A stretch of 64,000 nt of DNA from Vicinamibacterales bacterium (GTDB lineage: Bacteria > Acidobacteriota > Vicinamibacteria > Vicinamibacterales > JAMQPK01). The DNA lies in NCBI GenBank assembly GCA_963821395.1, contig CAWGDY010000034.1, forward strand, positions 61,963-125,962. Direction: 5' to 3'. The position numbers and the translations under genes are program-made. Below the pieces are notes generated by a model. That model saw only the letters and a list, made by a program, of their open reading frames with translations, was not told the origin of the DNA and searched no databases. Position 1 is the first letter of the stretch; each line of letters begins with the position of its first letter. Shown one piece after another: positions 37,048 through 46,709 of this stretch.

Positions 37048-37794
37048 GTGTCACTCCGGAGGCTTGCATTCGTGCGTCATCGATCACGTGTCGCGATCTA
37101 CGGCGCGCTCACCATCTGCGCGTTGTCTGCGGTGTCGGCTCATGCCCAGGACCATCAGGGCAGGCACATCGCTCCTTATTATCCCGGCTTTGCGCAGTGG
37201 TACCCGTATCCGTACCCGATTATCGGATATCCCGGACCCGTCCCGGATCACGCCGTGGCGCTGCGGCTGCAGGTCTCGCCGCGCGAGGCGTTCGTCTACA
37301 TTGACGGCTTTGCCGCGGGAGTCGTGGACGATTACGACGGCGTATTCCAGCGCCTGCGTCTTGTGCCGGGACCACACGAGATCGTGATCTATCACGCCGC
37401 GCATCGCACGCTCCGGCAGAACGTGTACTACAACCCTGGGTCCTCGCACACGATCCGATACACGCTCGCGACCCTCGCACCGGGCCAGGCACCGGAGCCG
37501 CAGCCCGTGCCCCGCATGATGCCGCCGCCAGGCATGCCGCCCCAGGCCGGCGCGCCACCGACCCAGACGTCGCGCTCCGGCACGCTGTCGCTGGGCGTGC
37601 AGCCCGGCGATGCCACGATCCTCGTCGACGGCGAATCGCAGAGAGGCCCCGAGCCGGGGGAGCGGCTGATGATCCAGGTTTCCGAAGGGCCACACCATGT
37701 GCGCGTCGAAAAGAACGGATTTCAACCGTTCGCGGTCGATGTCGACGTGCGCGCCGGAGAAACCGCGAGCTTCAACGTCACGCTCGTTCCCTAG
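37048..37794 (+). CDS. secreted protein with two PEGA domains and a Pro-rich linker
   Basis: Signal ..ALSAVSAHA/QD; LQVSPREAFVYIDGFAAG and LGVQPGDATILVDGES..HHVRVEKNGFQPF. Confidence 0.8.
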   Translation: MSLRRLAFVRHRSRVAIYGALTICALSAVSAHAQDHQGRHIAPYYPGFAQWYPYPYPIIGYPGPVPDHAVALRLQVSPREAFVYIDGFAAGVVDDYDGVFQRLRLVPGPHEIVIYHAAHRTLRQNVYYNPGSSHTIRYTLATLAPGQAPEPQPVPRMMPPPGMPPQAGAPPTQTSRSGTLSLGVQPGDATILVDGESQRGPEPGERLMIQVSEGPHHVRVEKNGFQPFAVDVDVRAGETASFNVTLVP

Positions 37795-37967
37795 TGTCGC
37801 GTCTCTGAAGTTCGTTGGCATTCGGCCGGCGCTGCATCCCGGCTGGCTGCGTTGCTCATCGCTCAAATACTCCCGGTATTCTCACTCTTCGCGCCTTGCC
37901 ATCCGGGTGCATCGCCGGCCTCGGTGCACAACGAACTTCACAGACGCGACACTAGCGTGACGCGGGG

Positions 37968-39278
37968 GTGGAATATACTTCCATCCTCGTGAGCGCCACT
38001 GCCCCTCAGACAACAGGCCGCGATCTTCTCGACGATTGCGTCCACTGTGGTTTTTGCCTGCCGACCTGCCCGACGTACTTGTTGTGGGGACAGGAGACCG
38101 ATTCGCCGCGCGGACGCATTCATCTCATGAAATTGCGGCGCGATGGCCGCGACATCGCCAGCGACAGCTTCGTCCGGCACATCGACAGCTGTCTGGGCTG
38201 CATGGCCTGCGTGACGGCGTGCCCGTCTGGCGTGCAGTACGACTCGCTGCTCGAAGCCGCACGTCCCCAGGTTGAGCGCGAAGCCAATCGGGGCGCCGGC
38301 GATCGTGCGTTTCGCAGTCTCATCTTCGCGTTGTTCCCGCACCCCTCGCGTCTGCGGGTCCTGTCGTGGCCGCTCGGCCTTTATCAGAAGCTGGGTATTC
38401 AACGGCTCCTTCACAAGACGGGCGTGCTCGGCCTGCTTCCCGCGCGGCTTCAGGCGATGGAGCGGTTGCTGCCTCCGATCACGTTCGGTGCGAGCCCGCT
38501 TCCCGCTCGCATTCCGGCGCAGGGAACCCAGCGCAGACGCGTCGGACTTCTGCTGGGCTGCGTGCAGCGCGTCTTCTTCGGCAACGTGAACGACGCGACG
38601 GCGCGCGTTCTTGCCGCGGAGGGCTGCGAGGTGGTGATTCCCCAGACCCAGCAGTGCTGCGGTGCGCTCGCGGAGCACGCCGGCGAAGAGAAGGACGCGA
38701 TGGAGTTCGCGAGACGCCTGATCGAGGCGTTCGATGCGAGCCAGGTCGATACCATCGTGATCAACGCGGCCGGGTGTGGATCTGCGATGAAGCGGTACGG
38801 TCACCTGCTCCGAAACGATCCGGCGTATGCCGCGCGCGCGAAGGCATTTGCCGCGAAGTGTCGCGACATCTCGGAAGTGCTGGTCGAGCTCGAACCGAGG
38901 GCGCCCCGAGGCACCGTCCGGTTGAAAGCGGCCTATCACGACGCCTGCCATCTTCAGCACGCACAGGGCGTGCGCGCGCAGCCGCGACGACTGCTCCAGG
39001 CCATTCCCGGCGTGGAGGTGCGCGAGATCGGCGAGTCGGAAATCTGCTGCGGATCGGCCGGCATCTACAACCTGCTCGAGCCCGGGCCGGCGACCGAGCT
39101 GCGCGATCGCAAGGTCAGGAACATTCTGAAAACCGACGCCGAGGCCATCGTCTCGAGCAACCCGGGCTGTCTGCTGCAGATCGCCACCGGGCTCGACGCA
39201 GCCGGCCGGCCGCTGCGCATCATGCATCTCGTCGAAGTCCTCGACCAGTCGATCCGTGAGGGTCAGCGACACACCTAG
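37968..39278 (+). CDS. glcF: glycolate oxidase iron-sulfur subunit
   Basis: CVHCGFCLPTCP, CLGCMACVTACP, then two CCG-type Cys-rich domains (QQCCGA, EICCGSAG). Confidence 0.85.
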   Translation: MEYTSILVSATAPQTTGRDLLDDCVHCGFCLPTCPTYLLWGQETDSPRGRIHLMKLRRDGRDIASDSFVRHIDSCLGCMACVTACPSGVQYDSLLEAARPQVEREANRGAGDRAFRSLIFALFPHPSRLRVLSWPLGLYQKLGIQRLLHKTGVLGLLPARLQAMERLLPPITFGASPLPARIPAQGTQRRRVGLLLGCVQRVFFGNVNDATARVLAAEGCEVVIPQTQQCCGALAEHAGEEKDAMEFARRLIEAFDASQVDTIVINAAGCGSAMKRYGHLLRNDPAYAARAKAFAAKCRDISEVLVELEPRAPRGTVRLKAAYHDACHLQHAQGVRAQPRRLLQAIPGVEVREIGESEICCGSAGIYNLLEPGPATELRDRKVRNILKTDAEAIVSSNPGCLLQIATGLDAAGRPLRIMHLVEVLDQSIREGQRHT

Positions 39279-39286
39279 GTGTGTTG

Positions 39287-39405
39287 GGCCTGTCGCGCCG
39301 TCTTGTCCGCCGTAGCACTTCGTGCGAAGGCGGAAGCGATGTGCGAAGATGGCGCGAAGGCGGACCTGTCGCGCCGTAGCGATGAGAAGATAGGCGCGAA
39401 GGCGG
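39287..39405. repeat. dispersed repeat family B, 2-3 tandem/partial copies
   Basis: ggcctgtcgcgccgt..gtgcgaaggcggaagcgatgtgcgaagatggcgcgaaggcggacctgtcgcgccgtagcgatg..ggcgcgaaggcggatg. Confidence 0.65.
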
Positions 39406-40191
39406 ATGCGGTTATCCAACCTGCCGGTGATCCTGCTGGCCTTACTCGTCACAATCGGTGCCTGGGTCTTCACCGTTCACAGCGCCCGTACCATGTCTTC
39501 GACGATGCCGATGCCCGGCGGGTGGTCGATGTCGATGGCGTGGATGAGCATGGGGAACCAGTCCGCGCCCGCGCACGCCGCCATGTTTCTCGTGATGTGG
39601 GCGGTCATGATGGTGGCCATGATGCTGCCGTCGGTGCTACCGGCCGTGCTTCTGCACCGCGGGCTTCTGGCCTCGCGCGTCGGCCGTGGCGACCAGGCCA
39701 ACGGCTCGCAGTGGCTGCTCGTCGCCGGATACTTTTCGATCTGGGTGCTGTTCGGTGCGGGTGCGTATGTCATCGGCATGGCGATCGCATCGGCGGCCAT
39801 GCGATCGATCAACGTCAGCCTCCTCGTGCCCGCGGCGACGGGGCTGGCGCTCGGAGCGTCCGGCGTGTTTCAGCTGACGAGCTGGAAGCAGGTCTGCCTG
39901 CGCCACTGCCGCTCGCCGCTGGAGTTTTTTGCGCAACACCCGATTCGCGGCGCCTCAGACTCCTGGCGATTCGGCTTGCACCACGGCGCGTATTGCGCCG
40001 GTTGCTGCTGGGGTTTGATGGTCATCCAGCTCGTGCTCGGCATCATGAGCGTGCCGCTGATGGCGGCCGTCGCGCTCGTCATCCTTCTGGAAAAGCAATG
40101 GCGGTACGGAGAAACGCTGGCGCGTGTGGTGGGCGCCGCCACGCTGGCGGCGGGCATTCTTCTCTTCCTTCAGGCTACAATCCACCCGTGA
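39406..40191 (+). CDS. DUF2182-family integral membrane protein
   Basis: MPMPGGWSMSMAWM..FLVMWAVMMVAMMLPS.. is the Met-rich signature of DUF2182; about 6 TM helices. Confidence 0.75.
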   Translation: MRLSNLPVILLALLVTIGAWVFTVHSARTMSSTMPMPGGWSMSMAWMSMGNQSAPAHAAMFLVMWAVMMVAMMLPSVLPAVLLHRGLLASRVGRGDQANGSQWLLVAGYFSIWVLFGAGAYVIGMAIASAAMRSINVSLLVPAATGLALGASGVFQLTSWKQVCLRHCRSPLEFFAQHPIRGASDSWRFGLHHGAYCAGCCWGLMVIQLVLGIMSVPLMAAVALVILLEKQWRYGETLARVVGAATLAAGILLFLQATIHP

Positions 40192-40233
40192 ACACGAACA
40201 GCTACGCGCAATTCGCGTCGATCGACTGGACCA

Positions 40234-41493
40234 ATGCCTGAAAGACTCCTGCAGACCGCCGTCACTCTGGTCGGTAGCGCTGGTGTTCGCCCTGGCGCGC
40301 CCGCAGATGCCATCGAGGGTGTCGTACCTGGCATTGTCGTCGAGCCGGCGTCCGTCGATGCCGTAGGAGGCCTTCTGGCGTGGGCCTCTCGCGAGAAGTT
40401 GTCCGTGCTGGCGCGGGGATCGGGCACGAAGCTTGGCTGGGGACCGGCGCCGCGTACGATTGATGTGCTGCTCTCCACCGCGAAGCTCAATGCCGTCGTC
40501 GCGCATCGCCACGGCGATCTCACGGCGACGATTCAAGCCGGCGCGACGCTCGGGGATGTGAATCGCACGCTCGCCCGGCACCGTCAGTGGATTCCGCTCG
40601 ATCCGCCATTCGCCGATCGCGCGACGATCGGGGGCCTCGTGGCCACCAACGACAGCGGGCCGAGGCGTCACCGCTACGGCGCTCCGCGCGATCTGATCAT
40701 CGGGATTGAATTCGTCAGAGCCGACGGCCTGCTGGCCAAAGGTGGCGGCATCGTCGTGAAGAACGTCGCGGGCTACGATCTGCCGCGCCTGCTCACCGGG
40801 TCGTTCGGCAGCCTCGGCGTCATCGTGACGGCCACCTTCAAGCTCTATCCACAGACGCCGGCATCTGGCACGCTGGTGGTGGATCTGAAGGATCCGAGCG
40901 ATCTCGCGACGCTCACCGGCAAGGTGCTGATGAGCCATCTCACCCCGACCGCGCTCGAGTTCGCCACGCACCCACTGCGCCTGATTCTGCGGTTCGAATC
41001 GATCGAAGCCTCGGTGCAGCAGCAGTCGCAGACCGCGGCACGGCTCATCGCCGAATGCGGATTCAACGCGCGATCGGTCCCGGGTTCCGAAGAGGATCGG
41101 TTCTGGTCGAGCCACGACGTGTTTGCCGAGGAGGATCGTTGCGCCTTGCTGAAGGTCAGCGTGCTGCCGACCGAACTGGCCGCGACGCTCGCGCTCATCG
41201 AACAGCTTGCCGGACCGCGGGGCTACGCCGCGGTGGGACGTGCGGGCGCCGGTGTGTTTCAGCTGTGCATTACCGGCGACGTCCAGTTGCAGAAACGCGT
41301 CATCAACGGGCTGCGCGATGCCCTGCCGCTTGGCCGGGGCAGCGCGGTCGTCGTGAAGAGCCCTCCGGAGCTACGGACGCACGTCGATGTGTGGGGCCCT
41401 TTGGGCGACGGCCTGACGCTGATGAAATCTGTCAAACAGCAGTTCGATCCAGTGGGAGTGCTGAGTCCCGGGCGCGGACCTGGAGGCTTATGA
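40234..41493 (+). CDS. glcE: glycolate oxidase FAD-binding subunit
   Basis: GSGTKLGWG..ATIGGLVATNDSGPRRHRYGAPRDLIIG..VVKNVAGYDLPRLLTGSFGSLGVI. Confidence 0.8.
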   Translation: MPERLLQTAVTLVGSAGVRPGAPADAIEGVVPGIVVEPASVDAVGGLLAWASREKLSVLARGSGTKLGWGPAPRTIDVLLSTAKLNAVVAHRHGDLTATIQAGATLGDVNRTLARHRQWIPLDPPFADRATIGGLVATNDSGPRRHRYGAPRDLIIGIEFVRADGLLAKGGGIVVKNVAGYDLPRLLTGSFGSLGVIVTATFKLYPQTPASGTLVVDLKDPSDLATLTGKVLMSHLTPTALEFATHPLRLILRFESIEASVQQQSQTAARLIAECGFNARSVPGSEEDRFWSSHDVFAEEDRCALLKVSVLPTELAATLALIEQLAGPRGYAAVGRAGAGVFQLCITGDVQLQKRVINGLRDALPLGRGSAVVVKSPPELRTHVDVWGPLGDGLTLMKSVKQQFDPVGVLSPGRGPGGL

Positions 41494-41502
41494 ACTGGCG
41501 CA

Positions 41503-41607
41503 CTATTCGCAGATTGGTAGATTGCGAGATTCGCAGATTACGAGGTTCGCGGAGTTCAATCTGACAATCAATCTGCGAATCTACCAATCTGCCAATCTGC
41601 GAATTCA
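41503..41607. repeat. periodic-arm hairpin (CAGATTGG / CCAATCTG units) between convergent glcE and glcD
   Basis: cgcagattggtagattgcgagattcgcagattacgagg faces caatctgacaatcaatctgcgaatctaccaatctgccaatctgcgaattc. Confidence 0.75.
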
Positions 41608-43056
41608 CATCCTCTCCGCCAAACCCGCCTTCTCCGCCGGATGCTGGCGATACGGGCCGGGCACTTCGCCGCAGAGACGCGGCGTGGGGAAGACCTTGCC
41701 GGGATTGCAGATGCTCGTGGGGTCGAACGCACAGCGCAGCATCTGCATCGTGTCGAGGTCGGCCGGCGAGAACATCTTCGCCATCGACGCCGACTTGTCG
41801 GCGCCGACGCCGTGCTCACCGGTAATCGAGCCGCCCGCTTCGATGCAGTACATCAGGATTTCCGACGCGACCTGCTCCGCAAGCTCGCCCTGGCCGGGAA
41901 CAGCCTCGTCATAGCAGATCAGCGGGTGCAGATTGCCGTCGCCCGCATGGAACACGTTGCCGATGCGCAGCCCCGATCGCTCTTCGAGCGCGCGGATCCG
42001 GCCGAGCACCTCGCCCAGCTTCGTGCGCGGAATCACGCCATCCTGCACGTAGTAATTGGGCGACACGCGTCCCATCGCCGCAAACGCGGCTTTGCGTCCC
42101 TTCCAGATGCGCGCGCGCTCCTCGTTGTTGCGCGCGATTTGTATCTCGGTGCCACCCGTGCGCCGGCAGATGGCTTCGACCATCTGGAATAACCCTTCGA
42201 CCTCCGATTGCGCACCGTCGAGCTCGACGATGAGCACGGCTTCGGCCTTGGGGAAGTTCGGGTGCACGGCGGCTTCGGCGGCTTCGACCGTCAGCCTGTC
42301 CATCATCTCGACCGCCGCCGGAATGATGCCTTCCGAAATGATTTCCGAGACCGCGACACCGGCGGACTCGGTCGATTCGAATGCCGCCAGAATCGTTTTC
42401 ACCGCCTCGGGCACGCGCACGACGCGCAAGGTGACCTTGGTCACGACCGCGAGCGTGCCTTCCGACCCGACGAGCGCGCCCACCAGATCGAGGCCGGGCG
42501 AATCGAGCGCCGCGCCGCCGAGGTGCACGATCTCGCCGCTCGGGAGCACCGCCTCGAGGCCGAGCACATGGTGCACGGTGAACCCGTACTTCAGACAGTG
42601 CGCGCCGCCGGAATTCTCGGCCACGTTGCCGCCGATCGAGCAAATCTGCTGGCTCGATGGGTCGGGTGCGTAGTAATAGCCGCTCGGCGCCACGCTCCGC
42701 GTCACCTCGAGATTGATCACGCCAGGCTCGACGGTAATCCTCTGATTGGGAATATCGATCTCGATGATGCGGTTCAGCCGCGACAATCCAATCAGGACGC
42801 CGTCCGGGCGAGGCAGCGCACCACCGGACAAGCCCGTGCCATGTCCGCGCGCGATGAACGGCACGCCGTGAGCGTGGCAGTGCCGCACGATGGCCTGGAC
42901 TTCGTCGACGGTGTGGGGCAGCACGACACAACCCGGTGTGGCCCTCAGGCGCGCCAGCCCGTCTGACTCGTATGTCAGCAGCTCGTTCGCATCACGAAGG
43001 AGTCCGTCCGGTCCGACGATGCGCTCGAGCGCGCCGATGAAATCGCTGTTCAACAT
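41605..43056 (-). CDS. glcD: glycolate oxidase subunit GlcD (FAD-linked oxidase)
   Basis: ARGHGTGLSGGALP, GGNVAENSGGAHCLKYG, C-terminal GEHGVGADK. Confidence 0.9.
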   Translation of the reverse strand: MLNSDFIGALERIVGPDGLLRDANELLTYESDGLARLRATPGCVVLPHTVDEVQAIVRHCHAHGVPFIARGHGTGLSGGALPRPDGVLIGLSRLNRIIEIDIPNQRITVEPGVINLEVTRSVAPSGYYYAPDPSSQQICSIGGNVAENSGGAHCLKYGFTVHHVLGLEAVLPSGEIVHLGGAALDSPGLDLVGALVGSEGTLAVVTKVTLRVVRVPEAVKTILAAFESTESAGVAVSEIISEGIIPAAVEMMDRLTVEAAEAAVHPNFPKAEAVLIVELDGAQSEVEGLFQMVEAICRRTGGTEIQIARNNEERARIWKGRKAAFAAMGRVSPNYYVQDGVIPRTKLGEVLGRIRALEERSGLRIGNVFHAGDGNLHPLICYDEAVPGQGELAEQVASEILMYCIEAGGSITGEHGVGADKSASMAKMFSPADLDTMQMLRCAFDPTSICNPGKVFPTPRLCGEVPGPYRQHPAEKAGLAERM

Positions 43057-43130
43057 GGGCCTGAGGTTTGGATAGTAGCATGGCAGGCGCGCCGTCCCGC
43101 CGCCCGGGAAACGGTTCCGGGATCCGTTTT

Positions 43131-43844
43131 CTAACGCTTCAGCTCGGCGAGCCTGCGCTCGGCCTCTCGGAGCGCCCGCTCTGCCTTTTCGATCTCGCGC
43201 GCACGCTTCTCCTGCTCTCTGCGCGCCTTTTCTTCGGCCTGCCGTGCTTTCGCTTCTGCCTGCTGTCGCGCGCGTTCTGCCTGCTTCTCGGCAAGCCTGT
43301 GCCGCTTGATGTCAACGGGCGAGGCACTGGTTTGACGAGCGGAGGGCTTCGCCTGTGGTTCACTCGTCCGTGGCTTGATGCCGGTGAGCAGACTGAATCC
43401 TGCCGGCGGCGGCTCGCGCGTGATCCGCCCTGGCGCTTCATCGGTCGGCAGTGCGGCCAGTGTACGGCGGACGGTATCGCGCACCGCGTCCGTCGTCCGA
43501 ACGCCGTTCTTCTCGGCGGCGCCGATCGACTGTGCGAAAGCTTTCTCCAGCGTCGTCTTGTGGAGCTCGCCGGCTTTGCGTGTGTCCGTGGCGCGTCCCG
43601 ACAAGGCGGCGCGATGCGCGGCCCGGAGTTTCTCGGAGGCATCGACGAGCGCCTGATAGGTCGGCTTGTTGTGCCAGTAGAGGTGGTTGATCACCCACAT
43701 CGCGAGCGAAGGCTTGACCAGCGAGGCGACGGCCTGCCTTTCGCGCCCGTCGAGCGTCTTGGCGAGCGCGTTGCGGGTTTTCGTGAACTCGTCGAGGGGC
43801 AGTCCGTACAGGTCGTCGATTTGCGCCTGGAGATTGGATTTCAT
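43131..43844 (-). CDS. hypothetical protein with C-terminal coiled coil
   Basis: 237-aa ORF with good coding composition; tail AEKQAERARQQAEAKARQAEEKARREQEKRAREIEKAERALREAERRLAELKR. Confidence 0.55.
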   Translation of the reverse strand: MKSNLQAQIDDLYGLPLDEFTKTRNALAKTLDGRERQAVASLVKPSLAMWVINHLYWHNKPTYQALVDASEKLRAAHRAALSGRATDTRKAGELHKTTLEKAFAQSIGAAEKNGVRTTDAVRDTVRRTLAALPTDEAPGRITREPPPAGFSLLTGIKPRTSEPQAKPSARQTSASPVDIKRHRLAEKQAERARQQAEAKARQAEEKARREQEKRAREIEKAERALREAERRLAELKR

Positions 43845-43848
43845 CGCG

Positions 43849-45600
43849 TCACACGTTCAACGGAGCATCGGCCGGTACCTTGTCGAACAGCTCGCGATGC
43901 GCGCGATCGCGCTCGCGGTCGATTTGTTCGGCGGTCGCGCCCAGCCGGTCGAGGATGCTTTCGGTCAACGAGAGCGCGACCTCGCCTTCGCCCGTGAACA
44001 CCCGGTCGGCACCGGCGGCGACGAGCGTCGGCAGGTCGCGGAGATACTGCGCGCGCGCGAGCACATGAATCCCGGGACTGATTTCGCGCGCCATGCGAAT
44101 CACCTCGGACGCGCTTCCCATCCCTGCCGACGTCAGAATCAGCGTGCCGGCCTCGCCGGTCCCCGCCGCCTCGAGCGTGTCGCGCTGCGTCACGTCTCCG
44201 TACACGGCGTCGATTCCCAGCAGCCGAAGATGCCGCACGGTTTCCATGTTCAGCTCGACAACGGTGGAAGTGATGCCGTTGTCGCGAAGCAGGCGAACGA
44301 CCGTCCGCCCCGTCGGCCCGTACCCGACGACGATCGCCCGCTCGCGCCGATCGGTGGGTCGCGCCGGACCCGCGGCGCCGCCGTCCACGACCCTCGGATT
44401 GAGTATCCGTGACCAACGCGGATGCGCCGGCCACCCATTTCTCGACACGCGGAACGAGCCGGTACAGCACGGGATTGAGGACAATCGAGACGATCGACGC
44501 GGCCACGAGCGTGTTGGTGGCTTCGACCGGCAGGATACCGAGGTCCGTGCCGATGCTCGACAGGATGAACGAGAACTCGCCAATCTGCGCGAGCGCGACC
44601 GAGATGGCCAGTGCGACCCGAAAGGGATAGCCGAGCATGCGCACGACGACGAGCGCGATGAGCGGCTTGCCGATCATGACCACCGCGAGCGTCGCCAGAA
44701 TCAGTCCGGGCGCTTCGAGAAGGTAACCGGGTGGCAGCAGCATGCCGACAGCCACGAAAAAGAGCACGGCAAAGGCATCGCGCATCGGCAGGGCTTCCGA
44801 CGCCGCGCGCAGGCTGTAATCGGATCGGCCGACGACGAGCCCGGCCAGGAACGCACCGAGCGCCATCGAGACGCCGAAGAGTGCGGCCGATCCCACGGCG
44901 ATGCCAAGCGCGAGCGTGAGGACCGTGAGCGTGAAGAGCTCCCGCGAGCCGGTGTCGGCGATGTGGTCGAGCACGAAGGGAATGACCCGCGTGCCGACCA
45001 CGATCGTGAAGCCGACGAGCGCGGCGACCTTCAGCGCGGTCACCGCCAGCGCCACCACGACGCTCGTCTCCGATCCGGCATCGGCAAAGAGGACGGGCAG
45101 CAGCACGAGCGCCAGCACGGTGAACAGATCCTCGACGACGAGCCAGCCGACGGCGATGTGTCCCGTCGGCGTATGAAGCTCGCGATGATCGGCCAGCACG
45201 CGGATGAGCACGACCGTGCTGGCGACCGCCAGCGCCATGCCGAAGACGATGCCCGCGGGCCAGCTCCATCCGAACCAGCGCGCGATGACGGCGCCGAGCA
45301 GGGTGGCGACGGCGCTTTGCGCGATCGCGCCCGGAATGGCGACGCGCCGCACCGCCAGCAGCTCTTCGATATGAAACTGCAGGCCGACGCCGAACATCAG
45401 CAGGATGACGCCGACCTCGGCCAACTGCTCGGCGATGTCGCGCGTTGGCCACGAAGCCGGGCGTGTGCGGACCCACGAGCGTGCCGGCCAGCAGGTAGCC
45501 CGACGATGGGCGAGAGGCCGGCCCGCTGCGTGAGGTAGCCGAGCACGAGCGCGGCGGTGAACCCGCCGGCCAGCGTCAGGATGAGATCAAGGTTATGCAC
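43849..45600 (-). pseudogene. CPA2 (Kef-type) K+/H+ antiporter with C-terminal TrkA-N domain, three +1 frameshifts
   Basis: MHNLDLILTLAGGFTAALVLGYLTQRAGLSPIVG | YLLAGTLVGPHTPGFVAN | DIAEQLAEVGVILLMFGVGL... | ..RAIVVGYGPTGRTVVRLL... The reading frame changes near 45490, 45437 and 44405-12. Confidence 0.8.
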
Positions 45601-45627
45601 GCGCGCCGCTTGCGGCTTCCCTCGATC

Positions 45628-46599
45628 CTACGCGACGTCGGCCTCTCGCGTCGGCATCGCGTCGCGTTGCGACTGTGCGAGCACGCGCTTGTACCACCAG
45701 GAGGTGAGGAGGGGAGTGAGAATCGCGGTCACGATCACCGATGCGGCCACCTGAACCGTGGCGGCTTCGGCGACCGGCAGGTAGGTGTTGTCGGCCATGG
45801 CCACTGCCTTGGGAACGGCCGCGGAATTCCCGGCTGTACTGGAGGCCGCGGCGCCGGCGATGCCCGAGCCGCCCAGCAGTTTGTCTGCGAGGATGCAGAC
45901 GAAGCCGGTGACCACGACCACCGTAACGCCGAGAATGACGCCCGGGAGACCTGCGGTGACCACCGACCTCAGGTTGATGGTCTGTCCGAGCGTGAACGCC
46001 ATGAACGGCACGATGATCGGCTCGTGCGATCCGAAGAACTCCTTGATGTCGTCGTCCAGGTTGCCGAGGATGGCGCCCGCGAGAATGGGGGCGATTACCG
46101 AAAGCATGGTGAGCCACGGAATCACGGCGAGCCCGGCGCCCACGAAAATGAGCATGGTGAGGAACGGTCCGGTCTCGACGCTCTGCACTACGTAGGTGCC
46201 CGAGTCTTCCTTGTTGCCCATCACGCTGGTCAGCGCGAGGAACATCCCGCCGTTGGTATCGCTCATCGCGACCATCACGGCCAGGGTGCTGAGCCCCAGA
46301 ATGCTGCCGCCGAAGTAGTTGGCGATGGCGAGGGCAAACAGCGTGGCCGTGCCCACCTTGGCCAGCAGGATCCCGCCGCCGCGCAGCAGCATGCGCGGCG
46401 CTGCGCGAAACGTCATTTTTGTGCCCACGGTGAACAGGTACATCCCCAGGACCGTGGGGTAGCCGACTCCCGTTAGTGCCTGAGTAAACCCGCCAATCCT
46501 CAGGAGATCGGGAAAGAACGTGTTGAGGACCATACCCAGGAACAGCGGAACGACCATCAGGCCGCCGGGCACACGATTGACGGTCTTGAAAATTTTCAT
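45628..46599 (-). CDS. kdgT: 2-keto-3-deoxygluconate permease
   Basis: MKIFKTVNRVPGGLMVVPLFLGMVLNTFFP.. is the KdgT-family N-terminus; about 10 TM helices. Confidence 0.8.
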   Translation of the reverse strand: MKIFKTVNRVPGGLMVVPLFLGMVLNTFFPDLLRIGGFTQALTGVGYPTVLGMYLFTVGTKMTFRAAPRMLLRGGGILLAKVGTATLFALAIANYFGGSILGLSTLAVMVAMSDTNGGMFLALTSVMGNKEDSGTYVVQSVETGPFLTMLIFVGAGLAVIPWLTMLSVIAPILAGAILGNLDDDIKEFFGSHEPIIVPFMAFTLGQTINLRSVVTAGLPGVILGVTVVVVTGFVCILADKLLGGSGIAGAAASSTAGNSAAVPKAVAMADNTYLPVAEAATVQVAASVIVTAILTPLLTSWWYKRVLAQSQRDAMPTREADVA

Positions 46600-46709
46600 G
46601 AGGGCCTATTCTACTTGCGCAAACGACGACAGAACGGTATAACACGGTCCCTCTGGAAAATCGACTAGCGAGTCCTCACCATTGGCTCCGCTTTGCCAAA
46701 TGGGCGAGT

